Below, piece after piece: positions 27,306-36,589 of a stretch of DNA of 64,000 bases. Source of the DNA: Flavobacteriales bacterium (GTDB lineage Bacteria; Bacteroidota; Bacteroidia; UBA10329). The position numbers and the translations under genes were made by a program. The stretch's first letter is position 1; every line of letters starts with the position of its first letter. The notes beneath the pieces were generated by a model. The model saw only the letters and a list, made by a program, of their open reading frames with translations. It did not search any database and was not told the origin of the DNA. The stretch covers positions 27,824 through 91,823 of the forward strand of contig WGMW01000003.1 in assembly GCA_016124845.1 (NCBI GenBank), given 5' to 3'.

Positions 27306-27454
27306 GTTGCATGCCACTCTATGGTGATTGCATGCCAGCCGTTCGGTGAGGCATACCACCGAGACGCTGAGGCATCCCAGAAAGACGCGGAGGCATACTG
27401 GAAAGACGGGATTGCATACCGCAAAGACGGGGAGGCATGCCAGCTATTGGTGGA
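27306..27454 (+). repeat. Seven degenerate direct repeats of 21 bp, iteron-like.
   Basis: GGTTGCATGCCACTCTATGGT, GATTGCATGCCAGCCGTTCGGT, GAGGCATACCACCGAGACGCT, GAGGCATCCCAGAAAGACGCG, GAGGCATACTGGAAAGACGGG, ATTGCATACCGCAAAGACGGG, GAGGCATGCCAGCTATTGGTGG. Confidence 0.6.
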
Positions 27455-27547
27455 TGAAAACCGCTTTTTGACAGTTGAGAATGGGTTTTCTTTCAGATTA
27501 TTGTTAAGTGCAAGAAATAATTTGGTAAGCCCGTTAAGAAACTAGAT

Positions 27548-30500
27548 GTGAGCTTTCAGAAGGAGGATATGACCTTTTGGAAAGAGGGTATGGGGTTTTG
27601 GAAGGTGCATATTAATTCATCTTATGTTCACTTTTCCCATAATAGTTTGCATATTGTCAAACCATTGATCTACAATACTTCACCGGCAATGAAAACCACA
27701 CTATTTCATATTCCGCCCATACGACTCACAGCGGCAGTGCTTGAAAAGAAATTGAAAGAAGAGATTGAAACAGAAAACAAGTTTCAAAATGGGGTTTGGT
27801 CAGTGCAAACGAAAGAACATGGATTGCTTGTGGACCTTTCCCAGTTACGTTGGGTTGAGTTCGGGGCTGCTGCTCAATTGTTGTTGTTAATTGAAAGTGC
27901 CTTAAAGCAAGATGTGTCTGTGGATATTGCAATGCCTCTGGATCAACCTTCTTCCGGTGAGAATAAGAAAATGTTAGAAATCCAAATTTCCAATCCAAGG
28001 GTTCATCGACAGATGCAAAATGTGGTTGGCCAACGTAGAGTTGCAAGGAACTTTCTGTATCACATACAGTTTGAACGAGCGGCTATGTGTTACCATGTTG
28101 AAACTGGGGATGTACGAATAATTCGAAAATGCGATTTCCGTTCTGGAAAACCACTGATTTATGATGAGCAAAACGTTCTTGAGCGCGCCAATGTTACGGA
28201 ATCTGATTTCGAATCGAAAAAGACTGATGAAATAAGCTATAAGGCAATTGTACCATTGACTTGGGTTCAAGAGTTGGAAGATAGTCTTGAGGTGAAGAAT
28301 CTAAAAGAGTTTTTGCACGACATTATCGGCAATGAGGAGAAAGGGTTGGCCAAAATTGATGCGCGCTCGATTACAGGTGTTGTGCTAAATGAGTTGGTGA
28401 AAAATTTGAAAGAGCATGCCAACCCATTAGGTGAGAGTTCAACTACCCATGCATTACTTGGGGTAATTCTATTGCCGAACTCAGTGATTGATGAGAACTC
28501 AGTTGGAAACAATGAAAGTTTTTTTAGCTGGCTAAAAGAGGGATATGACCATCATCTCGAGATTTATTTCGGAGATACTGGTCAAGGAGTTGTCAATTCT
28601 CTTAAGAAACAATTTGCCTTATCTGAACAGTCATCGACAATGACTGATGATAATATAGTTCTTTGGGCGTTTGATAAATGGTATAGTAGGAAATCAGAAA
28701 GATTTAGAGGGACTAAAGGATTGTACCGTATTCAGCGAATCGTGAATAAGTACGATGGGTTAATGTCGATTCGCTCTGCTAGGGTTGAAGCCGGTTATCA
28801 AAAAGGTGGATACGATGGCCCTGCGAGGAAGTTTTCCGCAAATGAGTTAGGGTACATGCCGGGTTCTTTCATCAAAATGACCATGGTGCCTTATAGGGAA
28901 CTCGCTAAGGTCAATCCGCCTTTAACAACACCTACAGGAAAAACGCCAGGAGTGATAGTTGAGCGTGTTGAGATCACTGCCAATGATTTACGAGTAGATA
29001 ACTTTTTTGAAAAGCAACACATCGAGCTTGAAGATAGATTCAAGAGCATTAAGGATAGAACTGCGACCGTCTTTATTTTTTTGGATTTCAAACTTGAATC
29101 TATTCAACCAATTTCTGAGAAACTGGTGGAGGATATTCTCAATTCATTAACTCAGTTAAGGCATCCGAATCCATTGGTTGTTTATGGTTTTCCTGAGCAA
29201 TATGGATATGAGAAACTAGAAGGATGCACCGATTCCGTGAATGAGTACTTACGAAGAACATTGGTGGAAAGCGGTCTAAATTTCAACGAGGAAGATTCTA
29301 CAATTCAAGATCCTGAATCTTTCGATAGCGAATTCGAGAATATTGCAGATCCGATTCTGGTTTTAACCAAGGAGGGAGAGCATTCGTGGTGCGGCATCTA
29401 CCAAGATGAAATCATGGAACTTCTTAAGGTCCTTTCTTCCGAAGGAAAGGTGGAAGCTACGTCATACCTCTCTAATAAAGGGGGTAATGAAATTCTTGAA
29501 ATAAAGAAGTTTGTGAATAATGACCCGCTAGTTCATCAATATGCAAATGTGGATGGGAAGCTAATATGGGAACTGCTTTATGGTCTTAACGGTTTGATTA
29601 GATACTATGGAGACAAGTTGATTCAGGAACTTGAGAAACAAGTTTCAGAACAAAAAAAGGGCTATTGCGATATTAGTCCAAATCTGAGTTGGGTTAAGCG
29701 ATGGGTTAATATGGAAACCTTACTTGAATTTGAAGAAGATGGTTTCGGTATTGCTTTGACCTTGTTGTTCAAAAGTAGGCATGGAAATGCGCGTATAGAC
29801 TTGAAATCAATTAAAATTCTCGTTGATAATGAAGAGGCTAGAAAAATAGCGAAACCGTTCTGCAAATGGATGGGGATAGATGTTGATAAGATTGTTGTTC
29901 TAAGTGATGAAGTTGATAGAAGAATACCTCGAAGATCCCCCATTTTCAGCAGAGGGGATCAAGTGTTGATCTTAACAACTCTAATCTCCTCTTTTGAAAC
30001 GGTCAATCGCTTGGCGAAGACGGTGTACAGGGGACTTGCCCATCCGATTGCAATCCTCGGTTTAGTACAGCCCAAAACCCAAGGTTCAGTGAATATATGG
30101 GGACATGATGAACTTGAGATTCTGTCTTTGGCTGAATACGATTTATCTGTTACTCCAATGATGGAATCAATTAAGAGTGGAGTCAAGTTCATTGAGCCGT
30201 ATAGTTATGAATCGATAATAGCGAAGACAAAAGAGGCCTTGATATCAACGGACTTAGGGCATCGCAATCAAGATCTTGATGAGGTACTTGAAATGGTGGA
30301 GAAGGGAAGTGCATTGCATTTTAGTCATGTTGGTAAGAATGCAGGAAGACATTTCACTTTTTACCTAAGTGCAATTGATTTTCTAGCAAAAAATGATGAA
30401 GTCATTATGCAGCGTTACTATGATGAGATTGACAGTTGGGCCGAAAGTCAAGGGATAGAAGACTTTGAAATTTGGACACCAACACCGGTACTCAAGGTTA

Positions 30501-32701
30501 ATCACCTAGAACAAATCTCAAAGCACTTGGAGGAAAGATATCACAAGTATAGTGCTGAATTGGCGGTTTGTGTTGCAAGAAAAGTTATCAAGAGAAACAA
30601 CGTACTTGGGAACTGGGTGTTTTATAACGAGAAAATGCACCGTGGAAGTAAATCCGACAATGTCTTGATAATTGATTGGGGTAGTTTGAATGGAACCACG
30701 GTTCAGCAAATGGTCAATTTTGCTGCTTCGGAGGCAAAGACCAACATTAAGGTTTGCATCCTGTTCTCTCAATTATGGAAGCCTGAGCAAGAGATGCTTG
30801 AGAAAATTGTTCAGGTAAAGCGCAATCCTAGGGTTGAAAATATTCCAGTTGACATATTTACAAATAGCGTCAAAGTTGCTGAGTCGGAGTCGGTGGAAGA
30901 CCTTTCGTCAACCGTGTCGGTTAAATTCCTTTACAGGCTGCCATTGCGTTATTTTGAAATGGAGGAATGCCCGGTATGTGCCCAAATTGAAGCTTTAAAG
31001 CAGTTTGAGGTTCCCAATAAATTGATCAATGATTTTAATGTTTCCCGAAAGGAACGACTTCAAATACGAGATAGGACAACAGAGGTCAATCATAGACCAA
31101 GGGATTTTTACGGTGAGCAACTAACGGGGTCAATCATCTCTGAGATGATGAAGTTCAAGGTTTTGCTTGATGAAGCCTTGTTGTCAACAGAAAAGCGATT
31201 CTTGGTTGTGGAGCATCTAAGGAAACTGGAAGAAGGTTTCCAAGTGGGAAAAATTCAAGGCAATACGGTCGTCCAAGCCGTCATTTATTTTTTGTCGGTT
31301 GAAAAGATATGGATGCACCGCCCACCTTTGGAGTTTCGAATTGCGCGCGATTTAATTGCTCAAATCAGCTTAAAGATTGCTTTAGCTGAGTCTACTCCAA
31401 TGCAACAGCAACTAAAGACTCGATCAAATGTCGTCCGAATAAAGTTTGCTGCGGTAACCGTACTGCGTTCTGCGGATAAAGTTCTGTTTATTGAGAACTT
31501 GGGAGGTATTTTTAGAAGTGCTTTTATTGAAGAAAAGTTTTCCGAAGCAATCGTTCAGAATCTGTTTTATCACTTGCATTCTTTCATTACGCGAGATTAT
31601 CATTCCAGTCAAGAATACTATGATACAATCATCCAAGAGTTGAATGACATAAGGCTGATAGAGGGTATTTCAGATTCTATGCAAGATGCAACTCAATTTT
31701 TAGAACTTATAACCGAAAAACGAAAAACTGGACTTAGAATTCCTTTTGATTCTAAACTGGCGGTAGTTAAAAGTTTAATGGTGCAGAGAAAAAGGAACTT
31801 TGACAGAAAGTACAACCATTATGACATAATTGAACGCTACCGCGCACTTAGCCCAGCATATAGGGGGAAAATTGAGAATTTTATTCAAGGAGTAAACAAT
31901 GATCAGTCGTTTGTGACAACAGATTACTTCCAAAGTTGGTGTCAGAAATTGATGACCGACTGGAAATATGTTGCACAATACCTGAATGATGTGATCTTCG
32001 GTCACCTGGAAAAAATCAAAGACCTCTTTGATAGTAAGAGTTTTAATGTCTATTACATGTTTAGGAGGGATTTGGAAGAGGCAATGCGGCCTGGAGTTGT
32101 TATTGGAAGTAATGATGACTTTACAATTTTGGTCAAACTTATTCAGGATGAACCCAGTGTTTTATTAGAAAAAAATGTATTTGAAAAATACATTGGTCTC
32201 TTAGAAAGCATGTATGTAAATTATTTGAGGTTTGACAAGCGTCAGTTGGAGAACAACTCAGTCTTAAATACTATTTTGTCTCAATTGAATGTTGATTTGG
32301 TTGATAATGTCAATCACGCATTGGAATCATTCAAGGCAATATGTAAGACTGGGCTCGACTACAGTTTTAGTAGGGATGAAGCAACTATTTATCAGGCGTT
32401 TATTTTTGAACCCCTTCTAAAGAATCTGCTTCAACACATTTTCGAAGATAATATTCACGAAAAGGATGAAGATGAACAGTCGCAAACCCCACTTAGTGTT
32501 CAGGTTTCGCTTAAACAGATTGATAATTCATTTGAACTTCTGATTGAGAACTCGGTATCAGATCCAGAACAAAAGAACAACCTGATGGGTGGACTGTCTA
32601 AGTGGCGAGAACAAATATTGGATTTTGATGGAGAGTTGAAGTGGGGTTTTAATAAAGATAGGACCAAATTTTATCGACAGATTATTTTATTGAAATTTTA
32701 A
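27548..32701 (+). CDS. Giant multidomain protein of 1717 aa (1670 aa from the ATG at 27689). It has an N-terminal GHKL/histidine-kinase-like ATPase domain, two PRTase-like Rossmann domains and a long alpha-helical C-terminal region. No family assignment.
   Basis: GHKL N-box GVVLNELVKNLKEHANP, G1 box EIYFGDTGQGVV and G2 box GTKGLYRIQRIV, with canonical spacing. PRTase-like cores: GDQVLILTTLISSFETVNRLAKTV...IAILGLV, and SDNVLIIDWGSLNGTTVQQMVNFAASEAKTNIKVCILFS. The second aligns residue-for-residue with the HGPRT core [21 protein letters not shown]...VKVASLL. A single CPVC motif is present. GC is about 38%, against 50-55% in the flanks. Confidence 0.7.
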   Translation: MSFQKEDMTFWKEGMGFWKVHINSSYVHFSHNSLHIVKPLIYNTSPAMKTTLFHIPPIRLTAAVLEKKLKEEIETENKFQNGVWSVQTKEHGLLVDLSQLRWVEFGAAAQLLLLIESALKQDVSVDIAMPLDQPSSGENKKMLEIQISNPRVHRQMQNVVGQRRVARNFLYHIQFERAAMCYHVETGDVRIIRKCDFRSGKPLIYDEQNVLERANVTESDFESKKTDEISYKAIVPLTWVQELEDSLEVKNLKEFLHDIIGNEEKGLAKIDARSITGVVLNELVKNLKEHANPLGESSTTHALLGVILLPNSVIDENSVGNNESFFSWLKEGYDHHLEIYFGDTGQGVVNSLKKQFALSEQSSTMTDDNIVLWAFDKWYSRKSERFRGTKGLYRIQRIVNKYDGLMSIRSARVEAGYQKGGYDGPARKFSANELGYMPGSFIKMTMVPYRELAKVNPPLTTPTGKTPGVIVERVEITANDLRVDNFFEKQHIELEDRFKSIKDRTATVFIFLDFKLESIQPISEKLVEDILNSLTQLRHPNPLVVYGFPEQYGYEKLEGCTDSVNEYLRRTLVESGLNFNEEDSTIQDPESFDSEFENIADPILVLTKEGEHSWCGIYQDEIMELLKVLSSEGKVEATSYLSNKGGNEILEIKKFVNNDPLVHQYANVDGKLIWELLYGLNGLIRYYGDKLIQELEKQVSEQKKGYCDISPNLSWVKRWVNMETLLEFEEDGFGIALTLLFKSRHGNARIDLKSIKILVDNEEARKIAKPFCKWMGIDVDKIVVLSDEVDRRIPRRSPIFSRGDQVLILTTLISSFETVNRLAKTVYRGLAHPIAILGLVQPKTQGSVNIWGHDELEILSLAEYDLSVTPMMESIKSGVKFIEPYSYESIIAKTKEALISTDLGHRNQDLDEVLEMVEKGSALHFSHVGKNAGRHFTFYLSAIDFLAKNDEVIMQRYYDEIDSWAESQGIEDFEIWTPTPVLKVNHLEQISKHLEERYHKYSAELAVCVARKVIKRNNVLGNWVFYNEKMHRGSKSDNVLIIDWGSLNGTTVQQMVNFAASEAKTNIKVCILFSQLWKPEQEMLEKIVQVKRNPRVENIPVDIFTNSVKVAESESVEDLSSTVSVKFLYRLPLRYFEMEECPVCAQIEALKQFEVPNKLINDFNVSRKERLQIRDRTTEVNHRPRDFYGEQLTGSIISEMMKFKVLLDEALLSTEKRFLVVEHLRKLEEGFQVGKIQGNTVVQAVIYFLSVEKIWMHRPPLEFRIARDLIAQISLKIALAESTPMQQQLKTRSNVVRIKFAAVTVLRSADKVLFIENLGGIFRSAFIEEKFSEAIVQNLFYHLHSFITRDYHSSQEYYDTIIQELNDIRLIEGISDSMQDATQFLELITEKRKTGLRIPFDSKLAVVKSLMVQRKRNFDRKYNHYDIIERYRALSPAYRGKIENFIQGVNNDQSFVTTDYFQSWCQKLMTDWKYVAQYLNDVIFGHLEKIKDLFDSKSFNVYYMFRRDLEEAMRPGVVIGSNDDFTILVKLIQDEPSVLLEKNVFEKYIGLLESMYVNYLRFDKRQLENNSVLNTILSQLNVDLVDNVNHALESFKAICKTGLDYSFSRDEATIYQAFIFEPLLKNLLQHIFEDNIHEKDEDEQSQTPLSVQVSLKQIDNSFELLIENSVSDPEQKNNLMGGLSKWREQILDFDGELKWGFNKDRTKFYRQIILLKF
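27635..27655 (+). promoter_or_regulatory. Candidate Bacteroidetes-type -7 promoter element upstream of the giant ORF.
   Basis: ATAATAGTTTGCATATTG is about 35 bp upstream of the ATG at 27689 and loosely resembles the TAnnTTTG -7 consensus. This is weak evidence. Confidence 0.2.
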
Positions 32702-32705
32702 GTCC

Positions 32706-34355
32706 ATGGATTCATTTGCAATATATTTTTTTGACGATGTAAAGGCTGATCAAAGGCTCATCAAGGATTATATAGAACCATTGTTTGATGGTTTTTCTCC
32801 CTCGAGAACTGTTAGTCCAAAGATAGAGGCGGATATTGAGAAGTTTGAATCAGCATTGTTGGAAGCCCAGAGGATTGACTTGGTCATATTGGATATTATA
32901 GAGAAGCAGGTGGATGCCAAAGGCGATGTAAAACTTGAAAAAGCTGGATTGAAACTCCTAAACAAGCCATTGATAACGGAGAAACTTCGAAGCTTAAATA
33001 CACCTGTTCTAATTTATTCATCAGATGATGATAGTATTCTCGCAGCAAGACAAATAGCTCAAGACCAAGGGATTAAAGTTGGTGAACTTCGCAAGGAATT
33101 TAGTGCAAAAACAGGAGCATTTCAAACTGTAAGAAAGGCAATTGAGGGTATAGTAGATTTTGGTGAACTGTTAGGCAGGTATAAAATAATTTTGACTCCC
33201 AACTTAAGGACACTATCATTGAATGATAGCGTTGGAGAGTCAGTGATTTCAAGTATTCTGGCGAAGTATTCAAGTTTTAGTTCGACCATTCCTGAAAATG
33301 GAAGTATAACTATTAAAGCTCTTACCCCAGGTTGGTCTGGTGCTTATATCTTCTTGGCAGATTTTGGGGCATCAAAACATGTTCTGTTCAAATTGTCGAA
33401 CGATTTACAGGAACTTGGAAAAGAGTTTAAGAATGTTGAGGACTATTATGAACCTCTTAGGTCAAAAACAACGGTCAAAGTTGGCAAAGTATCTCCGAGT
33501 AAACTTCAGTACAAAGGTTGGTCTGCTCTTTCATTTGAATTTGCCTCCGAAACAAATTCCTGTTTTAATTGGTTACAGACCAATCCTACTGATACTAAGG
33601 TTAAGAAAAACCTTAGGACGATTTTTTCTGACACCTGTTTAATGGGACTTTATAAAGTTACTGGAGAGTCAGAGTTGGATTGTAAAAGTACCTTGGATTT
33701 AGTACTGCTAGGACTTTCAAGAAACAAGAAGTTGCAAGTCAAAGCAAGCATAGAAGAGTTACATGGGGTTTTGCTTAACTATAACGCAGATTACGAAAAT
33801 TCATTGCTGCCGCTTGTTTCAATCATCAAGGAAAATGGGTCTTTTGACATGTTGGCTAATGAGCATATGGATCCAGGATTTAAAGCTCAAATATGCCACG
33901 GTGACCTTCATGCTAACAATTTATTGATAGATGCTAATGATGATCCGATTCTTATCGATGCGGGAAGCATAGGTTACGGTCATTCAACCTCAGATGTATG
34001 TCTTTTGATGGTTGATTTATTAATTAGGGGTATTGATCATGGTAAATTGGCGTATTTTGACCTAACGGCTATAGGAGAACATTTTAAATTGTTGGAAAAA
34101 GTTATTGACCAGAAAAAAATCGATTCAAACACAGATTCCAATAAAGGAATCTGTAGAGCGATAAATTACCTAAACCTGAACGTCAATAACTTGGTGGAAA
34201 TTCCCTTTGAACCTTGGGAGTTTTCATTGAACTTGGCGGTTGAATTTGCGAAAGCGGCATGTCGGAACACTTTTCCACCAAGTAAAAGAGTTGTGGCGCT
34301 TTTGGCAGCTGCAAGGGCAATTGAGGAGGCAAATAGTCGATTTAAATCACCTTAG
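32706..34355 (+). CDS. Receiver (REC)-like domain fused to an APH/protein-kinase-like kinase.
   Basis: N-terminal AIYFFDDVKAD...IDLVILDII...TPVLIYSSDDD...ELRK shows the acidic pocket, phospho-acceptor Asp, Ser/Thr and Lys in the order expected for CheY-like receivers. The C-terminal half has a Gly-rich loop LTPGWSGAYIFLADFG and VLFKL Lys. The Brenner catalytic motif is ICHGDLHANNLLID. ILIDAGSIGYG is the DFG equivalent. Confidence 0.65.
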   Translation: MDSFAIYFFDDVKADQRLIKDYIEPLFDGFSPSRTVSPKIEADIEKFESALLEAQRIDLVILDIIEKQVDAKGDVKLEKAGLKLLNKPLITEKLRSLNTPVLIYSSDDDSILAARQIAQDQGIKVGELRKEFSAKTGAFQTVRKAIEGIVDFGELLGRYKIILTPNLRTLSLNDSVGESVISSILAKYSSFSSTIPENGSITIKALTPGWSGAYIFLADFGASKHVLFKLSNDLQELGKEFKNVEDYYEPLRSKTTVKVGKVSPSKLQYKGWSALSFEFASETNSCFNWLQTNPTDTKVKKNLRTIFSDTCLMGLYKVTGESELDCKSTLDLVLLGLSRNKKLQVKASIEELHGVLLNYNADYENSLLPLVSIIKENGSFDMLANEHMDPGFKAQICHGDLHANNLLIDANDDPILIDAGSIGYGHSTSDVCLLMVDLLIRGIDHGKLAYFDLTAIGEHFKLLEKVIDQKKIDSNTDSNKGICRAINYLNLNVNNLVEIPFEPWEFSLNLAVEFAKAACRNTFPPSKRVVALLAAARAIEEANSRFKSP

Positions 34356-34391
34356 CAATAAGGCGTTTGGTAAATAAATGAGAGAAAAAAT

Positions 34392-35321
34392 ATGATGGAA
34401 AATTTTGCTGACCGACTAATACGTTCAGTTGAACGTAAAGCTACTCCGTGTATAGTTGGGCTGGACCCCCGTTTAGAACTCATTCCAGATTTTATTCTTA
34501 CAAATGCTCAGAAAGGGTCGCTGAATGAGGCTATAGCTTCAGCAATCACCACATTTCATACAATCATATTAGACTCAATCCAAGACCTTGTTCCTTGTGT
34601 AAAACCTCAAATTGCCTTCTATGAGCAATATGGCCTACCGGGGATGATTGCATTTGAGAACACAGTTAAGGCTGCAAAGGAGCGAGGACTTCTTGTGATT
34701 GTGGATGCCAAAAGAAATGACATTGGTTCAACCGCAACTGCTTATGCAAATGCGTTTCTTGGTGCCTCGGTTGTGTTTGGAGAGCGTAAACCAATGTTTG
34801 ATGTTGATGCTGTGACGGTAAATGGATACATGGGTGAGGAAACTTTGGTGCCGTTTGTAAATGTTTGCAAGGATTATGGAAAGGGAATTTTTGTCCTTGT
34901 CAAAACATCAAACCCTGGTTCAGGTGATGTTCAGGACCAAATCTTGGAGGAGTCGAAGCTTCCGCTTTATGTAAAGATGGCACGAACGGTTAATAGGTTA
35001 GGAATGGATATGGTCGGTAAAAACGGTTACAGTTCGGTAGGAGCGGTCGTAGGGGCAACTTATTCGGAAGCAGCAAAAGAATTGCGCGCTGAAATGTACA
35101 ACAACGTTTTTTTAGTGCCAGGCTATGGAGCACAAGGAGCCTCTGGAAAGGATGTCGTACATAATTTCAATTCAGATGGTCTGGGAGCCTTAATAAATGC
35201 ATCTCGAAGTATCACTTTTGCTGGTTATGATAAGGATGTTTCGATGATAGAATTTGAAAGTATTATTCGCCAGAATACGGAGGATATGGTGGTAGATGTT
35301 CGAAATAGTTTGAATAGTTAG
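34392..35321 (+). CDS. Orotidine-5'-phosphate decarboxylase, type 2 (PyrF family-2 architecture).
   Basis: PCIVGLDP. VIVDAKRNDIGSTA matches the DxKxxDIxxT signature. VTVNGYMG, VLVKTSNPGSGDVQ, GAVVGAT and LVPGYGAQG are all type-2 OMPDC hallmarks. Confidence 0.7.
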   Translation: MMENFADRLIRSVERKATPCIVGLDPRLELIPDFILTNAQKGSLNEAIASAITTFHTIILDSIQDLVPCVKPQIAFYEQYGLPGMIAFENTVKAAKERGLLVIVDAKRNDIGSTATAYANAFLGASVVFGERKPMFDVDAVTVNGYMGEETLVPFVNVCKDYGKGIFVLVKTSNPGSGDVQDQILEESKLPLYVKMARTVNRLGMDMVGKNGYSSVGAVVGATYSEAAKELRAEMYNNVFLVPGYGAQGASGKDVVHNFNSDGLGALINASRSITFAGYDKDVSMIEFESIIRQNTEDMVVDVRNSLNS

Positions 35322-35327
35322 TCTGAG

Positions 35328-35981
35328 ATGTCGATTAGGTCGATTGTTCCGAAGACAAGGATTGTTTTAGCGTTAGACTGTGAAACTGAGGAGGAATGTG
35401 TTCGAGTTTTAAACAGTTGCTACGAACAAATAGATTTAATCAAAGTTAATTACCCTCTTATTTTATCTGAAGGTCTCCCAATTATTGGCAGGCTTAAGAA
35501 AGTATTTGGCAAGCCAATTATTGCAGATTTCAAAGTTGCTGATGCACCAGTAACGAATAATCGAATCGTGAAATTGGTCAAAGATGCTGGTGCTGATTCA
35601 ATAATGGTTCATGCTATAGTAGGTACTGATGCGATTTATGAAATAAAGCAAATTGGAGGTGGCGAATTGGAAATAATAGTGGTAACGGAATTAACTCATC
35701 CTGGAGGTCTGGAGTTTACAAGAAAGTACGCAGAGGAGGCGGCAAAACTTGCATTGGAGATGGGGTGTTTGGGAATTCAAGCTCCTGGTACTCGGCCGGA
35801 ACAAATTGAAAAACTCAGGCAAATTGTAGGTCAGGACATGATTATCGTGGCTTGTGGTGTAGGAGCGCAGGGGGGACAGTATTCCGAAGTTATTAAAGCT
35901 GGAGCTGATTACGCTATCATTGGAAGGGCGATTTATGAATCAAGTAATCCGTCCTTAGCCATTGAATCTATTATTACTTGA
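35328..35981 (+). CDS. OMP-decarboxylase-superfamily TIM-barrel protein, HPS/KGPDC/type-1-OMPDC-like.
   Basis: RIVLALDCETEEE is the ALD start. PIIADFKVADAPVT matches DxKxxD. SIMVHAIVG. IIGRAIYES is the GR-I phosphate loop. Confidence 0.6.
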   Translation: MSIRSIVPKTRIVLALDCETEEECVRVLNSCYEQIDLIKVNYPLILSEGLPIIGRLKKVFGKPIIADFKVADAPVTNNRIVKLVKDAGADSIMVHAIVGTDAIYEIKQIGGGELEIIVVTELTHPGGLEFTRKYAEEAAKLALEMGCLGIQAPGTRPEQIEKLRQIVGQDMIIVACGVGAQGGQYSEVIKAGADYAIIGRAIYESSNPSLAIESIIT

Positions 35982-36139
35982 GTTTGAAGGTGGTTGCCCA
36001 AGGTCTGGTATTTCCTTAAAGTACCATAAGTTTCTGAGGGTCTTTGGCTTTTGAAGAGGCTTCCCGGCTCGCGCGAGTGTTCCGAAGGGTCACTCGTGTG
36101 GAGGTAAATACAATCAGTTTCCAAACTGATCTTCAAAGA

Positions 36140-36380
36140 TTAAATAAGATCGCCACTGCCTCCGCTTCCCGTTAGCGTTTGCAACGCGTGCTTTCTTACC
36201 TGAAAACCGCCATCAGTCCTAACCGTCTGATAACCAGCGTTCTCAGTCCACTCCCGATCTATCTCCGTCTTCTCCCGATCATTCTCGGTCGAGTCCCGAT
36301 CATTCTCGGTCGAGTCCCGATCTATCTCGGTCAAGCCCCGATCTATCTCGGTCAAGCCCACGATCTATCTCAGTCTTGCC
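36140..36380. repeat. Left copy of a large inverted repeat. It has about 110 bp of unique sequence plus an array of six 21-bp tandem repeats (CCCGATCWWTCTCGGTCRAGY).
   Basis: Six tandem units at 36253-36380. 36205-36252 is homologous in reverse complement to 53997-54040. ORFs 36140..36361 (-) and 36179..36481 (+) are 7-aa-periodic translations of the array. Confidence 0.7.
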
Positions 36381-36589
36381 CCAAAAATCTACCCTTAAAG
36401 CACCGATCAACCTCTGTTCAGTCCCGGGTATTCACCAAAGGGCAACAACTCATATCAGTTTTAATTAAAAGATGCCAGTAGAACCGCGGCCTTCCCTCTT
36501 GGCTGGTCAGCCTATCATAATCTGAGCCCCCAAAAGAACACGCAAATCCACGTATCCCCGAACTTCCGAACCTTACTAAATTCGCGCCC

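Noticed and set aside
27300-27545. ORF of 81 aa with heptad repeats EAYHRDA/EASQKDA.
   Set aside because: It is encoded by the 21-bp degenerate repeats and has no ribosome-binding-site or start context. I kept it as a repeat feature.
36253-36380. Possible CRISPR array, also considered at 60755-60920 and 27306-27454.
   Set aside because: The repeats are contiguous with no unique spacers. The units are 17-21 bp and no cas genes are nearby.
36140-36481. ORFs with 7-aa periodic peptides (TEIDRDS... and PIILGRV...), and the matching ORFs at 53809..54513 and 53860..54048.
   Set aside because: They are read-through of the 21-bp tandem arrays. There is no independent evidence for coding.
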